From the NCBI RefSeq assembly GCF_009914755.1, contig NC_060943.1: a stretch of DNA of 64,000 nt, one strand, 5' to 3'. Numbering within the stretch: the first letter of the stretch is position 1; the number at the start of each line of letters is the position of its first letter. Below, in pieces: positions 1-48,812 of the stretch. The notes beneath the pieces were generated by a model. The model worked only from the letters and a program-made list of their open reading frames with translations. It was not told the DNA's origin and did no database searches. The position numbers and the translations under genes were made by a program. This DNA is from the human T2T-CHM13v2.0 reference genome, Homo sapiens.

Positions 1-669
1 ATGCCAGAGCACCCTCTTCTGGCCTCCAAAATGCTACGCCCTGCATGGCAACCAACACCTGAGAATCCCTGCATTATTCAAAATAGAACCAAGGGCAACG
101 GAACCCTCACATTCTCCTGCTGGGAGTGTAAGATGGTGCAGTCCTGCCTTGGAAAGCAGTTTGCCCACCTTGGCCTCCCAAAGTGCTGGGATTACAGGGG
201 TGAGCCACCACCCCCGGCTGCCCCCTAGGCTGGTCTTGAACTCTTGGCTTTGGCCAGGCGCGGTGGCTCTCACCTGTAATCCCAGCACTTTCGGAGGCCA
301 AGACAGGTGGATCACGAGGTCAGGAGATCTAGACCATCCTGGCTAACACGGTGAAACCCTGTCTCTACTAAAAATACAAAAAATTAGCCGGGCGTAGTGG
401 CGGGCACCTGTAGTCCCAGCTACTCGGGAGGCTGAGCTTGCAGTGAGCTGAGATCGTGCCACTGCACTCCAGGCTGGGCGACAGAGCGAGACTCCATCTC
501 AAAAAAACAAAAAAAACAAAAAAAAACAAAAAAAAACAAAAAAAAAAAAACACTCTTGGCTTCAAGCAATTCTCCTGCCTCAGTCTCCCAAAGTGCTGGA
601 ATTACAGGCATGAGCCACTGCACCTGGGTCTATTTTTTATTTTATTTATATATTTTTATTTTTTATTGA

Positions 670-1267
<598 letters not shown>

Positions 1268-1317
1268 TAACATGGCAAGGTTATCATGAAGAACTGACAA
1301 AACTAAGCTTTGATGAC

Positions 1318-1348
<31 letters not shown>

Positions 1349-2285
1349 GGTGGGGGGCAGGGCAAGGTGGCTCATGCCTATAATCCCAGCAATTTGGGAG
1401 GCTGAGTGGGGAGGATTGCTTGAGCCCAGGAGGTCAAGTGTGCAGTGAGGTATGATGGCACCACTGCACTCCAGCCTGGGCCACAGAGTGAGACCCTGTC
1501 TAAACAACAACAACAAAAAAAAAACAAAAAAACTGGAATGGTTGTTACTTTTGCATGACAGGACAGGGGTGGAGGTTGACTGGGAAGAGGTATGAGGGAA
1601 GTTTCTAGAGGAAATATTTGTGATAGGAGACTGGATTAGTCAGGTACATAGTTTTGTCCAAACTCAGTGACTGTACCCTTAAAGATGTGTGCGGGCCAGG
1701 CGCAGTGGCTCATGCCTGTAATCCCAACACTTCGGGAGGCCAAGGCGGGAGGATCGCTTGAGCCAGGGGTTTGAGACCAGCCTGGATAACATAGGGAGAC
1801 CCTCTCTCTACACAAAAATTTAAAACATTAGCCAGTCATGGTGGTGTGTGCCTATGGTCCTGGCTCTGCGGGGGCTGACATGAAAAGACCACCCGAGCCC
1901 GGGAGGTCAAGGCTGCAGGGAGCCATGATCGCTGCATTCCAGCCTGGGTGACAGAGTGAGACCCTGTCTAAAAAAACAAAAAGTCTGCATTTCACTTGGG
2001 TAAATTTTACCTTGAAAGGAAAAACCCATAAGCAAATATTGAACCCTAGTTAATGATCTGTGTGCTGACATGTGTAGGGGCGATGTGGCCTGAGGTCAGC
2101 TGCCTACTTTGAAATGCATCGGGAACAAGCAGATAGACTGATGGTGGATAGAGGGATGGACGGGCAGAGGCAGATGGGTGATGGAATAAACAGAATGGAA
2201 TGCAAAGGGGAGAATCTAGTGGTGGGAATACAGGTATTCACTGTAAAATTCTTTCAACTTTTGTGTAGGTTTGAAATGTTTATTA

Positions 2286-2783
<498 letters not shown>

Positions 2784-3000
2784 TTATCTAGAAAGCCCCT
2801 CCCCCAGCCCCACCTTCTTGTGTGAAAAACCCACAACCTTCTCATCTTTTTTTTTCTCATAGGGTCTTGCTCTGTCCCTCAGGCTGGAGTATAGTGGTGT
2901 GATCGTAGCTCCCTGCAGCCTCAAACTCCTGGGCTCAAGTCGTACTCCCACATCAGCTTCCTGAATAGCTAGAACTACAGATACGTGCCAGCACACCTGA

Positions 3001-3518
<518 letters not shown>

Positions 3519-3719
3519 TAAAATCACGCCACTCTGTTATCTACCCGGCCCGTTATACTTTGGCATCTCATTCATTTATGAATCTGTTTACTTGTTTATT
3601 GGCTGCCTTCTCTGTTGGTCTGTGAGCTGGGCAGGAATGTGTTGGCTTTATTCCCCTGCTGTGTCGCCAAGGCCCAGCCCTGACCTGACATGTACAAGTC
3701 AATTGGAGAATATCTCTTG

Positions 3720-4700
3720 CCTGGATGGATGGATGGACAGACAGACGGATAGATGCAACGACAGATGGATAAATGGATGGATGGAAGGGGAAATGGATAG
3801 ATGGAAGAAAAGATGGACAGAAGGATGGGTGGGTGGAAGGACACACAAGTGAGTGATGGATGATGAGCGGATAGATGTTTAGATGGGTGGACAGATGGAT
3901 GATGAATGGATGGATGATGGGTAGATGGACAGATTTTTGGATCAGTGGATGGATGATGGCTGGGTGGACAGATGTTTAGATGGGTGGACAGATGGATGAT
4001 GGATGGATGGGTGAATGGGTAGGTGGATGGATGATGGGCAGGTGGACAGATGTTTGGATGAGTGGATGGATGATGGGTGGGTGGACAGATGGATGGATGA
4101 ATGGATGGGGAGATGGATGAATGGGTGGGTAGATGGATGACAGATGGACGATAGGTGGATGGACAGGTGTTTGGATGGATGGATGGATGATGGGTGGATG
4201 GATGAATGGGTAGGTGGATAGATGATGTTTGTATGGGTTGATGGATGATGGGTGGGTGGACAGATCTTTGGATGGGTGGGTGGATGGATGGTGGGTGGGC
4301 AGATGTTTGGATGGGTGGACATACGGATGATGGGTAGATGGATGAGTGGATAGGTGGATGATGGATAATGGGTGGATGGACAGATGTTTTGATGAATTAA
4401 CAGATGAATGATGGGTGGATGGACAGATGTTTGGATGGGTGGATGGATGGATGATGGGTAGATGAGTGGATAGGTGGATGATGAATAATGGGTGGATGAA
4501 CAGATGGATGATGGGTAGATGGATGATGAGTGGGTGGACAGATGTTTGGATGGGTGGATGGATGATGGGTGGGTGGACAGATGTTTGGATGGGTGGATGG
4601 ACGATGGGTGGATGGATGATGGGTGGGTGGACAGATGTTTGGATGGGTGGATAGAGGGATGGATCGGTAGATAGATGGACAGGGGGATGCGTGGACAGAC
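3720..4700. repeat. Degenerate (GGAT/GATG)n simple repeat with a recurring ggacagatgtttggatgggtggatggatgatgggt unit
   Basis: Direct inspection; it produces the His/Pro/Ser/Ile ORFs on the - strand. Confidence 0.95.
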
Positions 4701-5374
4701 GAATGAACGAACAAACTTTCTGAGTGGGAACCACTGTGGTAGGCTGGACCCTTGGCTCAAGATCTCAGGGAAGGGAGCAGCTCTTTGGGCTCCTCAAGCA
4801 GGCTGGGACACGCTGGCCGGAGCTGCCCCACCTCGACCGCCACTCCATTATCAGGCAAGCTCAGTTATGCAGTAGGCTCTCTTACCCTCTTGCTTTGTGG
4901 GCTCTGGGATAGCAAGAGACCCCCCTGAAATTCCCACCTAGAGAGGAGCCTACCTTCCATAGATGGCCAGGAAAGGAACTCTGGATTTTTTTTTTTTTTT
5001 TTTTTTTTTGAGACAGAGTCTTGCTCTGTCACCCAGGCTGCAGTGCAGTGGCCTGATCTCTGCTCACTGCAACCTCCGCCTCCCGGGTTCAAGCAATTCT
5101 CTGCCTCAGCCTCCCGAGTAGCTGGGATTACAGGCGCACACCACCATGCCTGGCTAATTTTTGTATTTTTAGTAGAGACAGGGTTTCACCATGTTGGCCA
5201 GGCTGGTCTTGAATTCCTGACCTCGTGATCCACCTGCCTCGGCCTCCCAAAGTGCTGGGATTACAGGCAGTGAGCCACTGAGCCCGGCCTCTGGATTTCT
5301 TTAAATCCTTCATCTTTGGGGGCTGCTTCAGAGGCAGCTTCCTGCAGTGGAAAGAAACCTTCCTGGACGTTTGA

Positions 5375-5611
<237 letters not shown>

Positions 5612-5713
5612 TGATCTGCCCACCTCAGCCTCCCACAGTGTTGGGATTACAGGCATGAGCCATGGTGCCCGGCCACGACTCAAGTTTCTGACCCCAAGCA
5701 GCCACTCCCTTGA

Positions 5714-6154
<441 letters not shown>

Positions 6155-6476
6155 TACTACTCTGTTTTACAGATGAACTTGAGGTTCAGAGAGGTCAAGT
6201 CATTTGCCTGAGGACACACAGCCCAACTCTGCCTTTTAACACTGACCAGGCAATGGAGTGGGAGTGATGAGAATGAAGTGGTGGCTCTTCTGGGACCAGA
6301 GGACAGTTCCAAAGTCCCAGGCAAGGGGAGTTCCATCTTCCAGTCCTGCCTCCTGGTTGTCAGCTGCGCTGATAGGGGCCCGAGTAGGAGTTCTGAGGCT
6401 CCAGCCTCTCAGGCCCCACTTGCCCCACCCATTCTGCTTGCAGACCTCCCAGCTAACTGGAACCTGTGTCCACAGA

Positions 6477-17505
<11,029 letters not shown>

Positions 17506-17796
17506 CCGGGCGGGGCTGGCTGTAAGGGGTTGCCCCCCCGCCAGTGCCTTGGATATTTCTGGGGTGACTGGACTGGCGCCCCTGGGCCACCTTTCTGGAG
17601 ACAGGGAGGGCCCCACCCGGGGTGGGTGGGAAGGCTGATGATCTGTCTCCAGCCCCTTCCTTCTGCCCACCCACCCTTCTTCCCTCTGGGCAACTGGACA
17701 GATCTGGGAGCCAGCAGCTGGATGCTGTGGCTGGCCAGAGACACCTCCAGGCTGTGGCCTGGGGGCTGGGGGGAGCCCCAGGCTGAAAAGGGTCCA

Positions 17797-17802
17797 ATTA
17801 AA
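17797..17802 (+). terminator. CERS4: CERS4 poly(A) signal (ATTAAA)
   Basis: First canonical-type hexamer about 290 nt after the stop codon. Confidence 0.75.
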
Positions 17803-18271
17803 ACAAATGGAGCCAAATTTTCTGCCTGAGAACTTGGGTCCCTATCAAAGTTCCTTCTTCATCCCCAGAGACCCCCGAGGGAGCCAGGCCTCTGCTTACA
17901 TACCCCACCTACGGGATACTCACTGCCACCCAAGGATGCAGGGCCCCAGGGGCCCCAGACAGCAACAGAGCTCAGAGACCACCCGCTCCCCACGCTGTTC
18001 CCAGATGAGCCCCTGACTCGCCAGCCAGTGACTCAAACAAGCCCCTCCCTCCACCCTTAGGGTACCCTTGGGTCAGCCTCTCAAAGACCCCCTTGCAGAC
18101 TAGCTCTGAAAGGTCAAGTCCTTTGCCCAAGCTCACAGGTAGGTCACAGACCAGGCCTGTCTCTGCAGTCCTTTCTTAAGTCCGGTAGATTGCCCACCTT
18201 TGTGGTCCCTGGATCCTTCCTTGGGACAGTGGAGGGAGTGGGCTGAAATCCCACAGACTTCCCAAGGGTTA

Positions 18272-18703
<432 letters not shown>

Positions 18704-18899
18704 CTAACATGGTGAAACCTCACCTCTACTAAAAATACAAAAAATTACCCAGGCGTGGTGGTGGGCGCCTGTAGTCCCATCTACTCGGGAGGCTGAGGCA
18801 GGAGAATGGCGTGAACTCAGAAGGCGGAGCTTGCAGTGAGCCAAGATCTCGCGCCACTGCACTCCAGCCTGGTTGACAGAGCAAGACTGTCTCAGATAA

Positions 18900-23760
<4,861 letters not shown>

Positions 23761-23924
23761 AAAAACCCAGGATGTAGAAGGCAGCACAAGATAACAGAAT
23801 AGAAGGCTCCACCAACCATCCCTCCAACAAGGACACCAATTTAACAGCTACACACAAAAAAGCACTTTCCCAAGAACCAAAAATCCCAGCCGGGAGCAGT
23901 GGCTCATGCCTGTAGTTCCAGCTA

Positions 23925-24113
<189 letters not shown>

Positions 24114-24322
24114 TCACTGAAAGACACACTGAAGAAACACACTGAAAGTCCTGAATCTCTGACACCACCTCTCCGCCACCCCTGGCAGCATGGTGTGGAG
24201 AGTGCCTTTGTGTGTTGGGGAGAGGGAGGGGGCAGCAATTGTGAGGCATGGAACCCAGCGCTGTCCTTTTAGAGCAGAAAGAAAAACCCGACCACACTCA
24301 GCTGATGCCCACCCATAGAGGG

Positions 24323-25119
24323 TGTGGGCGGCAAGCCACCCAGGTGCCGAGGCAAGAGACTGAGGGCACAAGTTGTTCCAGTAAAATAAAAAATATATAT
24401 AAAATAAAAATAGTTACACCAGAAGACAAGAGTGCGAGCCCTCTGTTATGCCCGGACAGGGCCACTAGAGGGCTCCATGGTCTAGCGGTAATGCCGGCGC
24501 CTGGGAAGGCACCCGTTACTTAGCAGACCGGGAAAGGGAGTCTCCCTTTCCTTGGGGGAGTTAGAGAAGACTCTGCTCCACCACCTCTTGTGGAAGGCCT
24601 GACATCAGTCAAGCCCCCACCATCCCCACCTGCCAACAGCCATCCAGAGGCCTAACAGTCTAGCCTCTGTCATGCTGTGCTTCAGCGGTCACGCTCCTGT
24701 TTCACTTTCATGTTCCACCCTGTACACCTGGCTCTGCCTTCTAGAAAACAGTAGCAGAATTAAGTGAAAGTATTAAGCCGTTGATCTCTCCAAGAAATAA
24801 TGACATAAGCTGTCCCCTCTCTCTGCCTCGGCTACCAAACAGGGAAGGGCCCCCTGTCCAGTAGACACATGACTCACGTGACCTTACCTATCACTGGAGA
24901 TGGCTCAACACTCCTTACCCTGCCCCCTTGCCTTATATCCAAAAAATAACAGTGCAGCCAGGCATTCAGGGCCACTACCGGTCTCTGCGTCTTGGTGGTA
25001 GTGGTCCTCCAGGCCCCAGCTGTCTTTCCTTCTCTTTGCCTTGTGTCTTTATTTCTACGATCTCTCATCTCCACACACGAGGAGAAAAACCCACAGGCCC
25101 TGTAGGGCTGGTCCCTATA
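24323..25119 (+). mobile_element. Solo LTR13-type (ERVK class) LTR inserted in an old L1 5' region
   Basis: Begins TGTGGGCGGCAAGCCACCCAGG and ends ...gggctggtccctata; TSD GAGGG at 24318-24322 and 25120-25124. Confidence 0.82.
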
Positions 25120-25283
25120 GAGGGGGCATTTAAACCAGCCCTAACAAGAGGGAAATTATGGATCCCAGTGGAATTTGAGTTCCTGCAAACTTTGCGACCC
25201 ACCATGGGCTAAAGTGCTCTGGGTCTCTAAGTAAATTTGAAAGTCAGTCTAGGCTATCAGTGCAACTCCTAGGCAAGTCCTAG

Positions 25284-25552
25284 TGAGGTAGAAGATAAGA
25301 TTTGACTTCAGAGGTGGGGCTCAGACACCAGACCATATTGAGGACTAGCTAAAACAGGTGAAGGAAAAGGGAGGGGGAAGCAGCTTTCGATGAGACATGC
25401 CTGCCAGTGTGCCGTGTCAATTTCACATTACCATGCTAACATCCAGGAATTACTGCCCCTTTCCAGGCAATGCCCCAATGATTAGTACCCCCTTCCCTAA
25501 AAGTTTCTACATAAACTGCCCCTTAATCTGCATGCGATTAAAAGTGGGTATA
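25284..25552 (+). mobile_element. MER41-family LTR 5' fragment, truncated by an Alu
   Basis: tgaggtag...attgaggactagctaaaacagg...ccagtgtgccgtgtca resembles MER41 LTRs; subfamily not determined. Confidence 0.55.
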
Positions 25553-25859
25553 TGCCAGGCACAGTGGCTCACGCCAGTAATCTCAGCACTTTGGGAGGCT
25601 AAGGCAGGTGGATCGCTTCAGCCCAGGAGTTCAAGACCAGCCTGGCCAACATGTCAAGACCCCATCTCTGCTAAAAATACAAAAACTGGCGGGGCAGGGT
25701 GGCTCATGCCTGTAATTCCAGCACTTTGGGAGGCTGAGGAGGACAGATCACAAGCTCAAGAGATCGAGACCACCCTGGCTAATGCAGTGAAACCCCGTGT
25801 ATACTAAAAAATACAAAAAATTAGCCAGGCCTGATGGTGGGCACCTGTAGTCCCAGCTA

Positions 25860-26123
<264 letters not shown>

Positions 26124-26491
26124 TCAAAACTAAAAGAAAAGATGAAGATGAAAAGAATACCTTTATGGAAAAATATAAAATGCAAAACTTGCACCAAGAG
26201 GTACCAAAAAACTTTACTAAATCCATAAATATTAATGAAATGGAAATAACTTGGGGGAGGGGGCAGACAATATGGTTCATGCCTGTGATCCCAACATTTT
26301 GGGAGGCTAAGGTAGACAGATCACTTGAACCCAGGTGTTTAAGACCCATCTGGTCAACATAGCGAAACCTGGTCTCTACAAAACAATTTAAAAATTAGGC
26401 CGGGCGCGGTGGCTCACACCTGTAATCCCAGCACTTTGGGAGGCCGAGGTGGGTGGATCACAAGGTCAAGAGATCGAGACCATCCTGGCTA

Positions 26492-27149
<658 letters not shown>

Positions 27150-27909
27150 TAGTAGAAATGGGGTTTCACCATGTTAGCCAGGATGGTCTCGATCTCCTGA
27201 CCTCGTGATCTGCCCGCCTCGGCCTCCCAAAGTGCTGGGATTACAGGCGTGAGCCACCGTGCCCGGCCCCAATCAAGTTTTATCAACATTTCAAGTAACA
27301 GTTATTTCTCATCTAATTCAGGCTGATACCAAGAAGAGGGGGAGGGAAAAAAAAGAGGGAAAGGGGGAGAATATCCAATTTCTTTTATTTTTAAATTTTT
27401 TATTTTAGAGACAGGGTTTTGCTCTGTTGCCCAGGCTGGAATGCAGTGGTGTGATCACAGATCACTGCAGCTTCCAACACTTGGGCTCAAGCAATCCTCC
27501 TGCCTCAGGCTTCCCAGTAGCTAGGATGACAGGTGCACACAACCACACCCAGCTAATTTTTTTATTTTTGGTAGAGATTAGGCCTTGCTATGTTGTCCAG
27601 GATGATCTGAATCTCCTAGCCTCAAACCATCCTCCCACCTCGGCCTCCCAAGCACTAGGATTACATGTGTGAGTCACCAAAATGAGTACAGGGCTTCCTT
27701 TTGGGGTCATGAAAATATTCTGGCAGTAGATAGATATGGTTGCACTGCACTGTGAATGTACCAAATGCCACTGAATCATTCACTTCACAATGGTTAATTT
27801 TATGTTATATGAATTTCACTTTGATAAAAACAGATGTGGCCGGGCACAATGGCTCATGCCTGTAATCCCAGCACTTGAGAGGCCAAGGCCAGTCGATCAC
27901 CTGAGGTCA

Positions 27910-28389
<480 letters not shown>

Positions 28390-29726
28390 TCAAGACCAGC
28401 CTAGCAAACATAGTGAAAACCCCATCTCTACTAAAGATACAAAAAATTAGCTGGGCGTGGTGGCACGTGCCTGTAATGCCAGCTACTCGGGAGGCTAAGG
28501 CAGGAGAATCACTCTAACCCAGGAGGCAGAAGTTGCAGTGAGCTGAGATCACAGCACCACTGCACTCCAGCCTAGGCAACAGAGCGAGACTCTGTCTCAA
28601 AAACAAAAAACAAGAACAAAAACAAACAACAGTTCTAGAGATGGGTGGTGGTGATGAGTGCACAACATTGTAAAAATACTGAATACCTTTGAAGCCCACT
28701 TTAAAATTGTTAAAGTGGTCAATTTTATGTTATTTTTAGGTATAATACTTACGTACTTTTTGTATTTTTTTCTATTATGTATTGATATGTATATTTAACA
28801 GTAGAAAAAAAATGATGGTCACTCGATCGGAAACAGAAAAGGTTAAAGCAAAAGTAAAATGCATGAAAACCAGGGAGAACTGCCAGATAAGCACATGGTC
28901 AGTGACCCTGGATTAGCCCGAGGCTGACTGGGTGTTGGACATGGGGAACGACCACCACCTAGGGGCAACTTGCCATCTGCCGCTATGTTCTTTCTGGGAC
29001 TTGGAAAAACATGCATTACTAGGAACTTCCCCTACTGTTATTCCCTGTTTCCCCCGCCACCCCGCCCGAGACAGAGTCTTACTCTGTCTCCTAAGCCGGA
29101 GTGCAATGGCCGATCTCGGCTCACTGCAACACCCGCTTCCCGGGTCCAAGCGATCCTCCTGTCTCAGCCTCCTGAGAAGCTGGGATTATAGGCACAGGCC
29201 ACCATGCCTGGCTAATGTTTGTATTTTTAGTAAAGACGGGATTTCGCCACGTTGGTCAGGCTGGTCTCGAGCTCCTGACCTCAAGTGATCCGACAGCCTT
29301 GGCCTCCCAAAGTGCTGGGATTACAGACGTCAGCCACCGCACCCGGCCTGTTATTTCCTCTTAATACTGACATCATCCTCCTGTTTACCAATCTTTGTCA
29401 CAGACCAGGTGGCATCTCTGAGAAAACAGAAATCAGCAGGAGAGACCTTCCAGAGCCACTGCCCTCCATCAACCTGCAGACCTGCATCAGGACCCAGACG
29501 CAGTGGCTCTTCCTCTTGCCCTGTGAGAATCAATTTGCCCTGGATGCAGCAAAACCACGCCCCCTTCTCCACCAACTCCTCCACCCCTTCATGGGCCTAG
29601 ACAAGCACCTACCTCAACAACCTCCCCGCACCCCTGGAGCATTCCTATCAGCACACAAATAGGTTGATGCATTTTTCCCTCCTTTGTTTTTATTATTAAG
29701 GTGAAACTCACACGGCATAAAATTAA

Positions 29727-30251
<525 letters not shown>

Positions 30252-30294
30252 TGAACTCCTGGCCTCAAGGGATCCTCCTGCCTTGACCTCTCAA

Positions 30295-31110
<816 letters not shown>

Positions 31111-31572
31111 CTGCTATGAACTTTAATCTATGAGTTTTTTTTTTTTTCTCGAGTTAGTATCTTGCTCTGCTGCCCAGGTTGGAGTGCAGTGGCAAGATCA
31201 GGGCTCACTGCAGCCTCAACCTTCTGGCCTCAAGCATTCCACCTAGTTCAGCCTCCTGAGTAGCTGGGACTACAGGCAGGCACCACCACACCCAAATAAT
31301 TTTTGTATTTCTTGTAGAGATGAGGTCTCACTATGTTCCCAGGCTGGTCTCAAATTTTCGGGCTGAAGTCATCCACCCACCTTGGCGTCTCAAAGTGCTG
31401 GGATTACAGGCGTGAACCATCACGCCCAACCCTTTTTCCTTTTTAAGATACAGCAGGGTCTCACTCTGTTGCCCTGGCTGGAGCACAGTGGTACAATAAT
31501 AGCTCACTCCAGCCTTGACCTCCGGGACTCAAGCAATCCTCCCATCTCAGCCTCCCAACTAGCTAGGATTAA

Positions 31573-31935
<363 letters not shown>

Positions 31936-32285
31936 TAGCTCCAAAACATCTAAGGTTTGGCTGCATTCACTCCTCTCCAGCCCACAGACGCCCAACTGGG
32001 CCAATTCCCAAATTCATCATTCTAGCCCAAACCCTAGGGTCCAGTGCCTTCTCAGCCTCTGCCACAAGGGGTCCTCGCAGGCCGCTCCAGTGTTGCAGGT
32101 CCCAATCTGGACTCCTAGGGGTTTCCCACCCAAGCCTTGTCCGAGCGTCCTCTCCCTCTCAGTTAGCACCATCTTCCCAGGCTCTGCTCTGACAGTTCTG
32201 AGGCATCCACGCCTCCTCCCACCTGCATCCAATGTGTCTGCCAATCCTACAGCCCCCATCGCCTTTTCCTTCAAAACAGACCTAG

Positions 32286-32971
<686 letters not shown>

Positions 32972-33127
32972 TGAATCTCCGCACCAGCTTTTTTTTTTTT
33001 TTTTTTTTTTTTTGAGACAGGAACTTGCTGTCACCCAGGCTGGAGTGCATTGGCGGATTTCGGCTCACTGCAGCCTCTGCCTCCCAGGTTCAAGCAATTC
33101 TTCTGCCTCAGCCTCCTGAGTAGCTAG

Positions 33128-33562
<435 letters not shown>

Positions 33563-34274
33563 TGAGATTACAAATGTGAGCCACCGGGCTCAGCCCTATT
33601 TTTTCAGGGCTATTTTGTTCATGGTTAGAACCAGGAACAGCACTGATACATAGTAGCATTCAACAGATATATTTTATTGTTGTTTTCTAGAGACAGGATC
33701 TTGCTCCATTGCCCAGGCTGGAGTGCAATGGGTGATCATAGCTCACTGTAGCCTCCATCTCCCAGGCTCAAGCAATCCTCCCACCTCAGCCTCCTAAGTA
33801 GCTGCAACTACAGAAACTTCAGGTATGTGCCACCATGCCCAGCTATTTTTTTTGTTTGTTTTTTAGTATAAATGAGATCTCACTATATTGCCCAGGCTGA
33901 TCTCCAACACCTGGGTTCAAACAGTCCTCATGCCTCAGCCTCCCAGAGTGCTTGGATAACAAGTGTGAGCCGCTGCACCTGACCATCAACAAGTATCTTT
34001 TTTAACCAGCTTTTACCAGTCGGGGTCTGGCCATGTTGACCAATCTGTATGAAACATTTTTTTGTTTTGTTTTAAATTAGCTGGGCACAGTGGCGCAGAC
34101 CTGTAGTCCCAGCTAATCAGGAGGCTGAGGCGGGAAGATCTCTTAAGCCTGGGAGGTTGAGGCTACAGTGAGCTATAATTCTATAACTGCACCACCGTAC
34201 TCCAGCTTGGGAGCCAAAGCAAGACCCTGTCTCTAAGGAAGAAAAAAATGAAAAAAAGAGTTTCTGAGCTATCA

Positions 34275-37715
<3,441 letters not shown>

Positions 37716-37722
37716 CCAGAAC

Positions 37723-39291
<1,569 letters not shown>

Positions 39292-39722
39292 GCGGACACC
39301 ATGGCTCACACCTGTGATCCCAGTGCTTTGGGAGGCTAGGGTGGGAGGATCACTTGAGCTGAGGAGTTAAGAGACCAGCCTGGGCAACGTAGAAAGACCT
39401 CATCTCTAAAAAAAAAAAAAAAAAAAAAAAAAGGCAGAGGGGAGGGGGGCGGGCGTGGTGTCTCACGCCTGTAACCCCTGCACTTTGGGAGGCCAAGGCA
39501 GGCAAATCACCTGAGGTCGGGAGTTTGAGACCAGCCTGACCAACATGGAGAAGCCCCGTCTCTACTAAAAATACAAAAAATTAGCCAGGCATGATGGCAC
39601 ATGCCTATAATCCCAGCTACTCGGGAGGCTGAGGCAGGAGAATCACTTGAACCCAGGAGGCAAAGTTTGCCGAGATGGAGCCATTGCACTCCAGCCTGGG
39701 CAACAAGAGGGAAACTCCACCC

Positions 39723-39754
<32 letters not shown>

Positions 39755-39984
39755 GAGGGGGAGGAGGGAGACTTAAAAAAAAGAAAAATAAAAAAAGTTT
39801 TTTTTGGCCAGGCACTGTGGCTCACGCCTGTAATCCCAGTACTTTGGAAGGCCGAGGTGAGCGGATTGCCTGAGGTCAGGAGTTCGAGACCAGTCTGGCC
39901 AACATGGTGAAACCCCGTGTCTACTACAAATAGAAAACAAATTCGCCTGATGTGTTAGTGCAGGCCTGTAGTCCCAGGTACTCA

Positions 39985-40228
<244 letters not shown>

Positions 40229-40848
40229 ATCTGGGCTGACCTGGACTCCACTGAATCCACAGAATACAGCATCGGCAACATTGACCCAGCAGTCTCTCTG
40301 CTTTGTGTGTTGGGGAACCCCAAGTCACCGTGGCAGGAGTGTGGCCACCTTGCTCAGGAGTCCACGTGGAGAGGCCACATGGAGAGGTCAGCTATCCCAG
40401 ACATGACAGACCTTCTGGATGGGACATCCAGCCAGCCCGGCCCCCAGATGATGGCAGCCACTGTCACATGGAACAAATGAACCCCCAGTGAGCCTGGTCA
40501 GCCCAGAGCCAGGAGAGAGGATGCGACAACAGGTGTTTGGAGCCAGTGGGCATGGGGCGGTTTGCTCCACTGAGAACAAGAATGCATGACAGTCAGGACG
40601 GTCCAGAGCCTAGAGGTCCACTTAGGTGGCATGTGGCACCCACACCAGCCTCACAGCCGGGCACACATATCCCTGACATACCCTGTTGTCCGCCGAGGCT
40701 GACTCGTGACAGAGAAAACGTTAGAGAAAAAACCTGGCTGGATGCAGTGGCTCACACCTGTAATCCCAACGCTGTGGGGGGCCGAGGTGGGAGAATTCCT
40801 TGAGATCAGGTGTTGGAGGCCAGCCTGGGCAACATAGACCAACCCTGA

Positions 40849-41236
<388 letters not shown>

Positions 41237-41451
41237 TGATCCCAGTTCAAGGCTGCAGTGAGCTGTGATCACACTACTGCACTCCAACCTGGGCAACAGG
41301 TCCATCTGAGTCCATCTCTAACGGTCCCAGGGAGGTCACTCCCCTGCAAGGAGGCTACTGTGGCCCCCAACATCCCATTCAGAGATTCAGAAGCTGAGGA
41401 TAAGGGAGGAACTTTGCCCTGTCACCCAGAAGTCAGGGTGTGAATTAACTT

Positions 41452-41553
41452 TACCGGTCACCAACCTTTTTGGCAGCAGGGACTGGTTTCATGGAAGACA
41501 ATTTTTCCACGGACCAGGGGTGGGGATGGTTTCAGGATGATTCAAGTACATTA
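41452..41553 (+). mobile_element. MER1 (hAT-Charlie) DNA-transposon end fragment
   Basis: ccaacctttttggcagcagggactggtttcatggaagacaatttttccacggac. Confidence 0.75.
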
Positions 41554-41575
41554 CTTGTTTTTGTTTGTTTTTTGA

Positions 41576-41776
<201 letters not shown>

Positions 41777-41859
41777 TAGGAGGCCGAGGCGGGCGGATCA
41801 CCTGAGGTCGGGAGTTCAAGACCAGCCTGACCAACATGGAGAAACCCCTTATCTACTAA

Positions 41860-42229
<370 letters not shown>

Positions 42230-42671
42230 TGATCCGCCCACCTCTCGGCCTCCCAAAGTGCTGGGATTACAGGTGTGAGCCACTGTGCCCGGCCAAAACG
42301 CAGTCTCTAAAAACATAATTAAAAAATAATTAAAACAGGGTGAGTCTGAGACCATCCCAGGAAACCTGGCTTCCACTGCACTGAGGAGGAAGCCACAGTG
42401 GGTGGGGGTCCCCAGACCTGGGAATGGGAAGGCACTGCCCAAGCTCTGCTCTTCTTCCAAGAATCCTGATGTTAACGCAGACTCCCCACCCCAGCCCTGC
42501 TGCCCCTGCTCCCAAAAAGCAAGCAGCACAGTAGCTGCACACAGGGCTGGGTGTCCATGTCCCACCTTCTATGGGCTGGGCTCTCATGGAGGAGGGGCTG
42601 CAGCAGCGACCCCAGGCTGCCCAGGCCAAGGGAGACAGAGACCCAGAGGCAGGCGGAGGATGTGAAGCAAC

Positions 42672-42677
42672 TTTAAT
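42672..42677 (-). terminator. CD320: CD320 poly(A) signal (ATTAAA on - strand)
   Basis: tttaat on + strand, about 315 nt past the stop codon. Confidence 0.75.
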
Positions 42678-42991
42678 CGCCACCCTCAGACGGGGCAGCA
42701 GGAGTGTCTTAAGCACAGGGCCGTTCTACCCCCTGGGAGCTGCCTGGGGCCAGCCCCTCAGTTCTGGCTGTGGCAGGTTCCCCATCCTAGCTCCCCGGAT
42801 CTCCATAGGGAGTGTCCAGGGACCCTCAATCTCCAGGGCCACTTCTGCAGGAGCTCGGGTTCGAGGTTCCACGTGGCCAGAAGAGCTCAGGTCTCTGAGG
42901 GCTGGTGTGCCCGGGTACCCATCCGCATCACTGCTCTCCTCCTGTCCGGCTACGCCCAGGGCTGAGTGACGGTGGTGGCAAGTGCTTGTCC

Positions 42992-48812
<5,821 letters not shown>

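Noticed and set aside
3942-4760. Long His/Pro/Ser-rich ORFs (272 and 252 aa) on the - strand
   Set aside because: They are translations of the (GGAT)n repeat, with no splice or promoter support.
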